DNA of 64,000 bases from assembly GCA_963716395.1 (NCBI GenBank), contig OY970309.1:1792001-1856000 (forward strand). The letters run 5' to 3'. Below, in pieces: positions 40,854-50,220 of this stretch. The translations under genes were made by a program, and so were the position numbers. Source of the stretch: an uncultured Fibrobacteria bacterium. Its GTDB lineage: Bacteria > Fibrobacterota > Fibrobacteria > UBA11236. Each line of letters opens with the position of its first letter. The first letter of the stretch is position 1. A model generated the notes under the pieces. It was given only the letters and a program-made list of their open reading frames with translations. It searched no databases and had not been told where the DNA came from.

Positions 40854-41555
40854 TTAAGAGCCGACCAATTGCTGGGTAGCCGGTTCGGGCCGGGACGGCG
40901 GACGGGAGACGGGCCGCGTCGACCAGGATTTTTTGGTGGCGTGGGGATGCGGGGCGGAGATCGCCGTGAGAAAATCGTGCTGCAGGCGGTGCATGAATTC
41001 GCCCACCAATTGGCTTTGTTCAAAAGCGAGATTCTCCAAGCGCTGCGCCGGCTCGACAGCCATGGGCGGGTGTTGATCCAGAAATTGAAATACGGCGTAA
41101 AAATCGCCGTGGATTTGCGTTTGCCGAATCTTTAGTTTGGCCAACTCCCGCTGGAATTTCTGCAGCACGGGGGCATATTCCTCCAAACGATGCGACCACA
41201 GTTGCCCTCGCGGGTCGACATACAAACTGCGCAAGCGATTCAATTCATACCGATCGCGGGCATTTTCCGGCATGAAATGGGGTAAGAAGTCGTTTTTCCA
41301 GACGGAAAATTCCGCCGACACCGCGTGCAGCCATTCCACATAGGCAGCCATGGGGTTGCGAAGTTCGCGCCGAATCTCATCCAGGATTTGCCAGCGGAAA
41401 ATGCGCAGCGAATAAAAATGGGAAGTGGCGGCGAAAACGGCGCCGGCGAGCAAGACGCCGCAAAAGAGGCCGGAAATCAGGCAGATGATATAGGGTAAAG
41501 CGAGGTGATGGATTAAGTCCAAGGCCAAATTTTCAAACCGCACCGAGCCCTCCAA
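40854..41555 (-). CDS. hypothetical protein with N-terminal TM helix
   Basis: 233-aa ORF filling the gap. Hydrophobic N-terminus and helical body. Confidence 0.6.
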   Translation of the reverse strand: MEGSVRFENLALDLIHHLALPYIICLISGLFCGVLLAGAVFAATSHFYSLRIFRWQILDEIRRELRNPMAAYVEWLHAVSAEFSVWKNDFLPHFMPENARDRYELNRLRSLYVDPRGQLWSHRLEEYAPVLQKFQRELAKLKIRQTQIHGDFYAVFQFLDQHPPMAVEPAQRLENLAFEQSQLVGEFMHRLQHDFLTAISAPHPHATKKSWSTRPVSRPPSRPEPATQQLVGS

Positions 41556-41913
41556 ATTGCATCGATTATTGCTTTATCAATGTCTGATCACTTTTTGTTT
41601 ACAAGTCCGTTGATAAATGCTTTATAAAGCGTTCAAATCCATTTTTTGCTCATTTTTCAAATAAATTAAGAGATTTTCCTTTGATTTATCCATTTCGAAG
41701 ATGGGCTATGATAGCACGTGTTTTTGCCAAGATCCAGGATTTTTGTCGCAATTTTTTGGCACCGCACTCCAGCAAATTTGTCCGTCGGAGGCGGATGGTC
41801 TGAGGTCTTGCGGTAGGCGCGGCGGCTACGACGAGTTCCGCAGTCGCTCCGCCTCAGACGAACGACTATCGCCCGAGTTCGTCGCGCTCCTGCTTAGTCC
41901 AACGAAGGACTTT

Positions 41914-41999
41914 TAAGGGTACCTCTAATAATGAGTTTCGTAAGCCCACCGAATTCGGAGAGCCGGTTCGAGTAGAAAGGCATTATTAGAGGTACCGTT
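41914..41999. mobile_element. MITE/REP-like inverted-repeat element, copy D
   Basis: Perfect 16-bp IR GGTACCTCTAATAATG (41918-41933) / CATTATTAGAGGTACC (41981-41996). Confidence 0.7.
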
Positions 42000-42015
42000 T
42001 AGTTGCGCTCAAATG

Positions 42016-42051
42016 AAAAATGGGATTGAACCCTTCGGTTCAATCCCATTT
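42016..42051 (-). terminator. intrinsic terminator of the GH5 gene
   Basis: aatgggattgaacc-cttc-ggttcaatcccatt perfect stem. U-tract on the minus strand. Confidence 0.85.
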
Positions 42052-42076
42052 CCCGTCAGACTGAAAAATACAACGG

Positions 42077-43840
42077 CTAGTGCGCCAAGTAGATCTTTTG
42101 ATTCTCGGAACGGCCGCCGGCCTGGAATTGAACCAAATAAAGACCCGGGCCGACATTCATCTGACGTCGATCCACGGAATACGCTCCCGCCGCTTGCTGT
42201 CGGTCGATGACATTCGCGCGCAAGGTTCCATTGATATCGTAAAGTCGCAACGAAACGAATTCCGCTACCGGCAAGGAATAGGAAATCATTCCGGTGCTTC
42301 CGATATTGAGAGAGTACGTGGTATGCAGGTTCCCATCCACGGCCAGCACCTGCCCGGGGTTGGCCACTTCCTGCGCATCCCAAAGTTTTTTCAAAAGGTC
42401 CATTTTTCGGGTGTCGACGCTGCCCCATGTTCCCCAACCGGAGGTGTTGGAGATGGGATCGTAGGGCGTGGTGTAAACGCCGTAGGTGTCGCCGGATTCC
42501 GGGTTGATGGACCAGTAAAAGGAATCATAGATGCCTTCCCGGATTAAATAGTTGACGAAGTCGTCCTGCCACTGCTCATCGGTGGTATGGTCGGTCAGAT
42601 AGCTGAAAACGTTTTGTTCGTGGGGGACGGCTTTTTCGGGCCAATCCATGTTTCCGCCGAACTCTCCGATGACCACGGCGTAACCCATGGCTTTCAAGTA
42701 ACCGAAGTAGTTATGCCATCCCGCGTCCAGCCGGCTTTGGTTGATGACAATCCGGCACTTCGCCTGCCCGAGGGAGTCCCCTTCCAGGCCGTTGCATTGG
42801 GGTTGGGTTGGATCGGTGAACATCTTTTGCTGATAAACCGACGGACCGTAGGTGTGCGGTGAAAAGACCAGCTTGTTTTTCGGCACGGTCGGCGGATGGG
42901 CGCCCGCTTCGAACAGATTTTCGCCCCAGTTGGGATTGCTGGACGTGTCGCCACTCGGAGAAACGGATACCGTATTGGGCGTACCGTCCTCGGAACCGTT
43001 CGAGTTGCTGATTCCCTCGGCGAAGATGAGGATGTTGGGATTCACGGAACTGATGGCGGTATAAGCCTGATCGACTAAAGAGGTCCACTCGCTCCAGCTA
43101 TAGTCCCACGGTTCATTGAAGATGTCGATGCCCATGATATTGTCTACGCCGATGGTCGTGCCAAGGCCAGCCAGGGTCTGGAGGTCGGCTAACCACTTCG
43201 AGACATTGTAGGCCTGGATGTGCGTGACTGAGCTCGGGTTTCCGCTATCCGCGCAGGAATAATTTTCGCGGGTGAAGTCGTAATCCGGCCGGGTCGCATC
43301 CACATAAGGCGGTCGGGCGTCGATCCGCCCCGCTCTCCAGCCCACGTAATTGGAGCAGGAGTGCAGGTCGAGCAAGACGTAAAGACCGGCATTGGAGCAG
43401 GCCTGAATGGTGGCTTTGAGGGCCGAGAACGCACCTTGAATCCGCACGGACGTGTCGTTTTTCAGGTTGGGATCCCGACCCTGCGGATCGGCGTCGGAAA
43501 GGGTCTGGGGAGTAACGGGAATACGGATGCTGTTGAAACCCAAGCTCTTGATCTCGGCGGCATCCCCCGCCAGGGTTCGGCCGCTCGGATTCCAGAACGT
43601 GTTTCCGATGTACAACTCCATCGGCGCCCCGCCAGGGTTTGTCGGATCGCTGGGCGCCTCTTGCCGGCCTTCCAGTCCAAACCAGGAACCGCCCTTGACC
43701 CTGAAAATCGCCCCATTGAGCGTGATATGGCCCGAAGAGTCCACAGCCCAATCATTCGCGGCTTGGACGCTGGTGGTGATCATAACGGTTGCAAAAGCGG
43801 CCAGCACGGCCAGGCTTTTGCCATTTCTTTTTCTCATCAT
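42077..43840 (-). CDS. glycoside hydrolase family 5 (endoglucanase-like) with T9SS-type C-terminal domain
   Basis: WFGLE, GFNSIRIP, LLDLH, IFNEP, HTYGPSV, GEFGG, YWSINPESGDT. Tail LRLYDING...PGLYLV. Confidence 0.9.
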   Translation of the reverse strand: MMRKRNGKSLAVLAAFATVMITTSVQAANDWAVDSSGHITLNGAIFRVKGGSWFGLEGRQEAPSDPTNPGGAPMELYIGNTFWNPSGRTLAGDAAEIKSLGFNSIRIPVTPQTLSDADPQGRDPNLKNDTSVRIQGAFSALKATIQACSNAGLYVLLDLHSCSNYVGWRAGRIDARPPYVDATRPDYDFTRENYSCADSGNPSSVTHIQAYNVSKWLADLQTLAGLGTTIGVDNIMGIDIFNEPWDYSWSEWTSLVDQAYTAISSVNPNILIFAEGISNSNGSEDGTPNTVSVSPSGDTSSNPNWGENLFEAGAHPPTVPKNKLVFSPHTYGPSVYQQKMFTDPTQPQCNGLEGDSLGQAKCRIVINQSRLDAGWHNYFGYLKAMGYAVVIGEFGGNMDWPEKAVPHEQNVFSYLTDHTTDEQWQDDFVNYLIREGIYDSFYWSINPESGDTYGVYTTPYDPISNTSGWGTWGSVDTRKMDLLKKLWDAQEVANPGQVLAVDGNLHTTYSLNIGSTGMISYSLPVAEFVSLRLYDINGTLRANVIDRQQAAGAYSVDRRQMNVGPGLYLVQFQAGGRSENQKIYLAH

Positions 43841-43984
43841 AGCCGAGGCTCCAGTTTCATGGTGGAATCCGATGTTCTCAGCCGAATCAACGAGACTTCG
43901 GCTCATGCCCCAAGTATGCAGTGGGCGTATTCTTCGTTAGTTGCACACTCAAACTTATAGGTTCACCTTAGAGCAGATAATTCA

Positions 43985-44232
43985 ACGACTTTTATAACCA
44001 TCTCCGGCGATCGGCAACTCCAACCAACCTTTTCTCCCTGCGCATGCCCAGCCGATCCGCTTCATTTCCGACCTAAAGTGGTGTTCCTTCTCCAAATTCT
44101 CCCCTTTTTCAACTTCGGACACACCCGCCCCATCTTGCTGACTGTGATCAACAGGGGCGGATATCTCCCTTACGACGGTGTCGCCCAAGTCCCTGTGGGG
44201 AGGTCTCGGGGGAACGGCCATCCCGAAAACCA
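43985..44232 (-). ncRNA. candidate structured GGA-rich RNA downstream of fliA
   Basis: Several hairpins whose G-U pairs work on the minus strand. 11 GGA in ~220 nt. GCCGATAA at 44240-44233. Confidence 0.3.
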
Positions 44233-44415
44233 TTATCGGCCAAACTATGCCCGGCGGGAAACCCGTGAGGACCGCCTTGTTCCGCGTCGCTTTTTCCTCA
44301 GAGTCCGGATCGGTCCGGTTCAGGCCGTCCGCGGGGATGATGCCCAGTAACCCGATGATTACGGGCGTGGCTCTGCCAGCCCGGGCGGGATCCCAATTGC
44401 GAGCGGTATTTCGGT

Positions 44416-45207
44416 TCAGGCGTTGATTTTCTGGATCAGGCGGGCCTTGAGTTTGAGCATGGCCTTGCTGTGGATTTGCGAGACCCGGGACTCGGTGAGG
44501 TTGAGCACTTCGCCGATTTCCTTCAGCGTCAGTTCTTCATAATGGTACAGCGCGATCACCAGCTTTTCTTTTTCCGGAAGTTGCGCCACGGTTTCGGTCA
44601 GAATGCGCTTCACCTCCTGATAGCCCAGTTCTTTCAGCGGGTTGCTGCCCTGGGGATCTTCGATGGTGTCGATAAGTGAGAGCGATTTGTTGTCGTCGCC
44701 GCGATCGGGCAGCGATTCCTCTAGGCTCAAGATGGTGGCGGGCGCGACTTCGCTGAGCAGTTCTTCGAAGGATTCCTGGCTGAGCTGCAAGTGATCGGCC
44801 ACTTCGTCGTCATAGGGCATGCGCCCCAATTTGGTTTCGAGTTCGGAATACGCCTTTTGCAGCAGACGGTTTTTCTGGCGCACCGAACGTGGCACCCAAT
44901 CCATGGAGCGCAATTCGTCGAGAATGGCTCCGCGAATTTTATGCGTGGCAAAGGTTTCGAATTTCAAACCGCGTTCGGGTTCGAACATTTCCACCGCGCG
45001 AATGAGTCCCATGACCCCGGCGCCGGCCAAATCGCCGACCTCCACCGAAGGGGGGAGGCTCATGGCCATGCGCTGCGCGATGAATTTGACCAAGCCCGCG
45101 TACTCCACGAGCAGCTTGTCTTTCGCGGTTTTGCTTCCGTCGGCCCGGTATTGGGTCCAAAGATCGCTCAAATTTTCCATGGTCAGGATGGCGTTGCCAT
45201 TATCCAC
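44416..45207 (-). CDS. fliA: RNA polymerase sigma28 factor (FliA/WhiG)
   Basis: IRGAILDELRSMDWVPRSVR, EELTLKEIGEVL.LTESRVSQIHSKA. Confidence 0.96.
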   Translation of the reverse strand: MDNGNAILTMENLSDLWTQYRADGSKTAKDKLLVEYAGLVKFIAQRMAMSLPPSVEVGDLAGAGVMGLIRAVEMFEPERGLKFETFATHKIRGAILDELRSMDWVPRSVRQKNRLLQKAYSELETKLGRMPYDDEVADHLQLSQESFEELLSEVAPATILSLEESLPDRGDDNKSLSLIDTIEDPQGSNPLKELGYQEVKRILTETVAQLPEKEKLVIALYHYEELTLKEIGEVLNLTESRVSQIHSKAMLKLKARLIQKINA

Positions 45208-45279
45208 TATTTCCGGGAATCCGGCCAGAACAGCTTTGCCATCGGGGGAATCGGGCCGGTCGAGGGCGACTGCGGCGGC

Positions 45280-45642
45280 TTATTTTTTCTTGTCGGCCGG
45301 CGTTTCCGAAGAGTCTTCGTCGAAAATTTCATCCGGATCCGGCGGGAGAAAATGATAAAGCAATCCGCCGTCGCGCCGCGAGGCCCGGGTGTCGACGGCC
45401 GAGGCGGTGATGGATCGCACCAAGGCGTCGCTGACGATTAAAAAGAAAAGCCATCCCAAGCCCACGGCCAGCAGGGCTTTCAGCAGGCTGGCGAACAGCA
45501 CCGACCCGTTGATTGCGGGGCTGACCAGCACCGCAAGAAAAAACACGGCGAAAAACAAGCACGCCAAAGCCGCACGCGTGATGGCTTTGGCGATGGCATG
45601 CGGGACGGGTGTCGCCGGCGTGGCATTGATATGTCGCTTCAT
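45280..45642 (-). CDS. hypothetical 2-TM protein in the flagellar operon
   Basis: Two hydrophobic helices and an acidic tail. Lies between flhF and fliA, with an RBS. Confidence 0.7.
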   Translation of the reverse strand: MKRHINATPATPVPHAIAKAITRAALACLFFAVFFLAVLVSPAINGSVLFASLLKALLAVGLGWLFFLIVSDALVRSITASAVDTRASRRDGGLLYHFLPPDPDEIFDEDSSETPADKKK

Positions 45643-45657
45643 TCCTGCCTCGCCCGC

Positions 45658-46941
45658 TTAGACGCGTGCCGGTTCCGCCGCGGTTTCCGTCACCAATTGG
45701 CGGGCTACGCCGCGTCGCATCGCCTCGGGCGACGCGACTTCGATATGTTCGGTCGCCGCCGGACCCGAAACGAAATATCCCAAAGCGCCGGGAAAACCCC
45801 GGGCGGCCGCATACAGGCAGCCAAAACCCAAACCTTGATCGAGCCGGGTGAAAGAAAGCCGCGCGGGTCCGAGCGCCGCCGCGGCCTCGATCATGCGGCG
45901 CATTTCGCGTGCGCGCAGGCCTGCGTCGAGAACCAGATGGATTTCATCGGGCCCTGCCGCCCGCACCAGGGCTTCGAGGGTCCGCCGGTTTTCGGTTTCG
46001 GCCGATAACGCCGGCGAGTCGATCAAAATGATTTCACAGCCGCGCAATGCATGCAACGCCGCGGGCATTTCCCGGGCGGCGTAGGCGCAGGCCGCGGGCA
46101 GTCCCAGGGTCTTGGCGAACAGCGCCAGGGCGCTATGGGCGCCGAATCCGCGGCCGTCGGCCGACAAAACGCCCACGCGTTTGCCCGCCCGCAGCCGGCC
46201 CTGCGCGGCCAGTTTCTGGATGAGCGAGGTTTTGCCCGCGCCCGCGGGACCGAGGAACAAGGCGCGCGCGGGCCGGCCGGCTTGGAGCTGCACTCCGCCG
46301 CCGTAGCGCAAATCCTCGGCCATCAATCCCGGCAACGCGCGGCGGATGACCTCGGGGTTGCGCGCGTCGGGGCCGCTGCCCGCGCCGGCGCGGCGCCACA
46401 ATTCTTCGGCCAGGGGCGCGGGCAAATCCAACGCCGCGAGCAGGGCTGATCCCGAGGCGGTGGGAGCCGAAGCGGCTTCGAGCATCGACTGGATTTCTTC
46501 GCGCAGCATGCGCATTTCGCGCGTCGGCATTTTCGCCTCTTCTTTGACTTTTTCGATCTCGGCGCGCAGCCCTTGCAGCGACTCCATCGGGGCGCGAGGA
46601 GGTTCGGCCGGAGCGGCGGCGGGCGCCTGCGTGGAGACGCGCGGCAGCCGTCCCGACCAATCATACTGCCCGGCCGGCGCCGCTTCGGCGGATCCGGCCG
46701 GGCTGGAATCCGGCACCGCGGCCCGGGGCGCGGCGGAAGGCATGGGCGCTGTCGTCGGATTCGCCACCGCGGCCGCACGTTGTTCGTAGGCGGCCATGAC
46801 TTCATAGCAGGGCTTGGATTTGCCCAGATGCTTGCGCACGGTCTGTTTCGTTTTCACGATCACCGCGTCGGGGCCCAATTCCTGGCGCACCTTGGCCAGG
46901 GCCTCGGGCATGCTATCCGCTTGATACGTTTTCAGATTCAT
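45658..46941 (-). CDS. flhF: flagellar SRP-GTPase FlhF (degenerate motifs)
   Basis: MNLKTYQADSMPEALAKVRQELGPDAVI N-terminus, GPAGAGKTS. Follows flhA. Confidence 0.9.
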   Translation of the reverse strand: MNLKTYQADSMPEALAKVRQELGPDAVIVKTKQTVRKHLGKSKPCYEVMAAYEQRAAAVANPTTAPMPSAAPRAAVPDSSPAGSAEAAPAGQYDWSGRLPRVSTQAPAAAPAEPPRAPMESLQGLRAEIEKVKEEAKMPTREMRMLREEIQSMLEAASAPTASGSALLAALDLPAPLAEELWRRAGAGSGPDARNPEVIRRALPGLMAEDLRYGGGVQLQAGRPARALFLGPAGAGKTSLIQKLAAQGRLRAGKRVGVLSADGRGFGAHSALALFAKTLGLPAACAYAAREMPAALHALRGCEIILIDSPALSAETENRRTLEALVRAAGPDEIHLVLDAGLRAREMRRMIEAAAALGPARLSFTRLDQGLGFGCLYAAARGFPGALGYFVSGPAATEHIEVASPEAMRRGVARQLVTETAAEPARV

Positions 46942-49018
46942 GGATCACCACCGTTCCGCTGGCTTTGATGTTGAGACCGCCGGGAATTTCACCATAGGAG
47001 AGAATGGCCAAGTTGGGGAACGAACCCTCCAGCAATTTGCGTATTTGAAACCGGATGCCGGGTGAGCAGAGCAGCACCGGCGGATGGTTCTCGGCCAACA
47101 TTTTCTCCGTCAGGGGCGTCAGGCGCGACACGAGCTTGCCCACCACATCGGGGCGAATGACGAGCCGCGGTCCGCGATCGGTGGTTTGCACCGAGGCTTC
47201 GAGCACCTGCTCGAGGCGCGGGTCGAGGCTGATCACGTGCAGCGCGTTCTTGGCGTCTTTGTAGGCTTTGCAAATCTGACGCCCCAGGGCCTGCCGGCAT
47301 TGCTCGGTCAGGAAAGTCTCGGATTTGGAAATGCGCGCGGCGCTGGCCAGGGATTCGAGGATGGTCCCGAGATCGCGTATGGAGACGCGCTCGGAGAGCA
47401 GGTTCATGAGCACGCGTTGGACTTCTCCCACCGACAAAAGGCTCGGCACCAATTCTTCCACCGCTGTGGCATTCACCGTTTTGAGGTTGTCGATCAGGCT
47501 CTTCACGTCCTGGCGGGTGAGGATGTCCCCGGCGTGACGGCGGATGATTTCGGTGAGGTGGGTGGCCACCACGGCCGGCAGTTCGACCACGGTGTAGCCA
47601 GCGATGTCGGCGGCCTCTTTCTGGGATTGGGTAATCCACATGGCGGGCAAACCGAACGCGGGTTCGACCGTGGGGATGCCTTTGATGCGCTGGCTGGTGC
47701 CGCCCGGGTCCATGGCCAGAAAGCAGCCGGCCATGAGTTCGCCGGTGCCCACTTCGATGCCTTTCACCTTGACCACGTATTGGCTGGGTTTGAGCTGGAT
47801 GTTGTCGCGAATGCGGATGGGCGGCACGATGATCCCGCATTCGGTGGCGCATTGCCGGCGCAGCATGGTGATGCGCTCCAGCAAATCCCCGCCCTGGTTC
47901 ACGTCGACCAGGGGAATGAGGCCGTACCCGATTTCGAGTTCCATTTGATCGACCTGCAGGTACGACTCGATTTTATCGGCGCTGCCGGTCTCTTCTTTCT
48001 CGGTTTTTTTGCGGGCCTCGCCGGCGGCTTCCGTTGAGCGCGCCACTTCGCGTTTGCGCACCACCCAGCCGATGCCGCCCAGGATTGAGCCCAAAAGCAG
48101 GAAGGGGAGATTCGGCATGCCCGGCGTCACCCCCAACAGGGTGAGAAAGCCTGCGGCCGTGAACAGCGCTTTTTGGCTTTGCGACAACTGGGTCAGGAGT
48201 TCCTGCCCCAGATTCTGCTTCGATGCCGCCCGCGCTACGATAATGCCCGAGGCCGTGCTGATCATCAGCGCCGGCACCTGCGTCACCAGCCCGTCGCCGA
48301 TGGTGAGAATGGTGTAGGTCTGCAGCGCGTTCTGAAAGCTGAGCCCGCGCATGGTCATGCCCACCACGAAGCCGCCGATGATGTTGATGACGGTGATGAG
48401 AATTCCCGCCACCGCGTCGCCGCGCACGAATTTGCTGGCCCCGTCCATGGCGCCGTAGAAATCGGCTTCGCGGGAAATGTCCTTGCGCCGGGTCTTGGCC
48501 TCTTCTTCGTTGATGAGCCCAGAATTGAGATCGGCGTCGACCGCCATCTGCTTGCCCGGCATGGCGTCCAAGGTGAAGCGCGCTCCCACTTCGGCGATGC
48601 GGCCCGCGCCTTTGGTGATGACGGTGAACTGGATGATGACCAGGATGATGAAGATGACCGTGCCCACCACCATGTTCCCCGCGGTCACGAAATGTCCGAA
48701 GGTTTCGATGACATGCCCCGGCGAACGGCCCGAAAGAATCAGGCGCGTGGCGGCCACGTTGAGCCCCAGACGGAACAAAGTGATCATGAGCAGCAGGCCC
48801 GGAAACACCGACAAATCGAGCACGTTTTCGATGTACATGGAGATGAGCAGGATGATTACGGCCACCGAAATCATCATGGAGAGCAGTATGTCGAGCACGA
48901 ACGACGGCAGCGGAATCAGCATCAGACAGATGACACCGATGCTGAGCGCCGCGACCGCGACGTCCTTTTGCGACACCAAGGTGGCGCCGAGTTTCCGGGT
49001 TTGCGAGATGGCGCTCAT
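46913..49018 (-). CDS. flhA: flagellar export gate FlhA
   Basis: RFTLDAMPGKQM, FYGAMDGASKFVRGD, LTIGDGLV. Confidence 0.98.
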   Translation of the reverse strand: MSAISQTRKLGATLVSQKDVAVAALSIGVICLMLIPLPSFVLDILLSMMISVAVIILLISMYIENVLDLSVFPGLLLMITLFRLGLNVAATRLILSGRSPGHVIETFGHFVTAGNMVVGTVIFIILVIIQFTVITKGAGRIAEVGARFTLDAMPGKQMAVDADLNSGLINEEEAKTRRKDISREADFYGAMDGASKFVRGDAVAGILITVINIIGGFVVGMTMRGLSFQNALQTYTILTIGDGLVTQVPALMISTASGIIVARAASKQNLGQELLTQLSQSQKALFTAAGFLTLLGVTPGMPNLPFLLLGSILGGIGWVVRKREVARSTEAAGEARKKTEKEETGSADKIESYLQVDQMELEIGYGLIPLVDVNQGGDLLERITMLRRQCATECGIIVPPIRIRDNIQLKPSQYVVKVKGIEVGTGELMAGCFLAMDPGGTSQRIKGIPTVEPAFGLPAMWITQSQKEAADIAGYTVVELPAVVATHLTEIIRRHAGDILTRQDVKSLIDNLKTVNATAVEELVPSLLSVGEVQRVLMNLLSERVSIRDLGTILESLASAARISKSETFLTEQCRQALGRQICKAYKDAKNALHVISLDPRLEQVLEASVQTTDRGPRLVIRPDVVGKLVSRLTPLTEKMLAENHPPVLLCSPGIRFQIRKLLEGSFPNLAILSYGEIPGGLNIKASGTVVIHESENVSSG

Positions 49019-49133
49019 ACCTGCTGCAAAGACCTCTCAAGTTGCGGGCGCCGCCTTCCGATAACGGAAGGGGCGTGGAACGACCGGGGAAAAGCAAACT
49101 CCGGACCGATCCGGGGAGTGCTGAGAACGGCGC

Positions 49134-50213
49134 TTAAGCGGCGGCCTGGGCGCCCGTCGGGCGCTTCAAGCTGAAAATCGCGGCTAGAATTTCCGCCACG
49201 GCGGCAAAGAATTCCTGGGGAATTTCTTCGCCGATCGCGGCCACCTCGTACAAGCCGCGCGCCAGAGGCCGGTCTTCGACGATGGGGATGGCATGGGTTT
49301 TGGCCGTGTCGCGGATGCGCTCGGCCACCAGGCGTTTGCCCTTGGCCACCACGACCGGCGCATGGTCGCGCCCCTGTTCATAGCGCAGGGCCACGGCGAT
49401 GAAGGTGGGGTTGGTGATGACCACGGTGGCCTTGGGCAGTTCCTGCATCATCATGCGTGAATACATCTGGCGGCGCAGGCTTTTGATCTTGCCCCGAATG
49501 CGCGGGTCGCCTTCGGCGGCCTTCGTTTCGTCGCGCACGTCTTGTTTGGTCATCATCAGGCCTTGTTTGTACTTGCGCTTGTTGTAGACGAGATCGGCGA
49601 GGCCGATGAGAAAGAGCAGGAGCGAACATTTGATCAGCAGCTCGCGCGAAGTGAGGAACAAAAAGGCAACAATTTGGCGGGGACTTTGGTCGGCCAGCAG
49701 CAGGTATTCGTGGTAATGCCGGGCCACCACCCAGTAGGCCACCAGCCCCACCACGATCATTTTCGCCAGGTTCTTGGGAATGCCCACCAGCGGCGCGGCG
49801 GAAAAAAATTTCAACAGAGCTGCGGGATTGAAGAGTTGGGAGAGGCTGAAATTGGAGGCGTGGCGGGCCCACAACGGCCCATATTGGGCGATATTGGTGG
49901 CGATAGCGATCAGCGCCAGGGTGACGAGGAAGGGCGCGATCAATACCAGCACGAACAAATAACCTTGCAGGGCCAGGCGCGGCAGATTGTCGAAGAAATG
50001 GTCGTAACGGGGAATGGCCTGGAACGAGATGACCATGAGCTGCGACAGGCGCCGGTGCATGCCGCCGGCGAACAACCACAGCATGAGGGTGCCGAACAAA
50101 AGCAGGACCGAGGAGGATAAATCGGCGCTGCGCGCCACCTTGCCCTTGGAGCGCGCCTCGCTGATTTTTTTACCGGTGGGCTGCTCGGTTCTTCCGTCGT
50201 CGCCTTCGGCCAC
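49134..50213 (-). CDS. flhB: flagellar export protein FlhB
   Basis: RTEQPT, EGDPRIR, VVITNPTF (NPTH variant), PVVVAKG. Confidence 0.96.
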   Translation of the reverse strand: MAEGDDGRTEQPTGKKISEARSKGKVARSADLSSSVLLLFGTLMLWLFAGGMHRRLSQLMVISFQAIPRYDHFFDNLPRLALQGYLFVLVLIAPFLVTLALIAIATNIAQYGPLWARHASNFSLSQLFNPAALLKFFSAAPLVGIPKNLAKMIVVGLVAYWVVARHYHEYLLLADQSPRQIVAFLFLTSRELLIKCSLLLFLIGLADLVYNKRKYKQGLMMTKQDVRDETKAAEGDPRIRGKIKSLRRQMYSRMMMQELPKATVVITNPTFIAVALRYEQGRDHAPVVVAKGKRLVAERIRDTAKTHAIPIVEDRPLARGLYEVAAIGEEIPQEFFAAVAEILAAIFSLKRPTGAQAAA

Positions 50214-50220
50214 GCCCCCG

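Noticed and set aside
41560-41760. AT-rich region as replication origin
   Set aside because: No good DnaA-box cluster (the best I saw was TTATCCATT). More likely a promoter region with a TTTATCAA/TTGATAAA inverted repeat.
41701-41916. 71-aa ORF
   Set aside because: It runs through hairpin/repeat DNA and has no protein-like features.
45208-45282. Stop read-through fusing the 2-TM protein to FliA (same frame, 24 sense codons between)
   Set aside because: TAA is a strong stop, and an open in-frame 72-nt spacer is likely by chance at this GC content.
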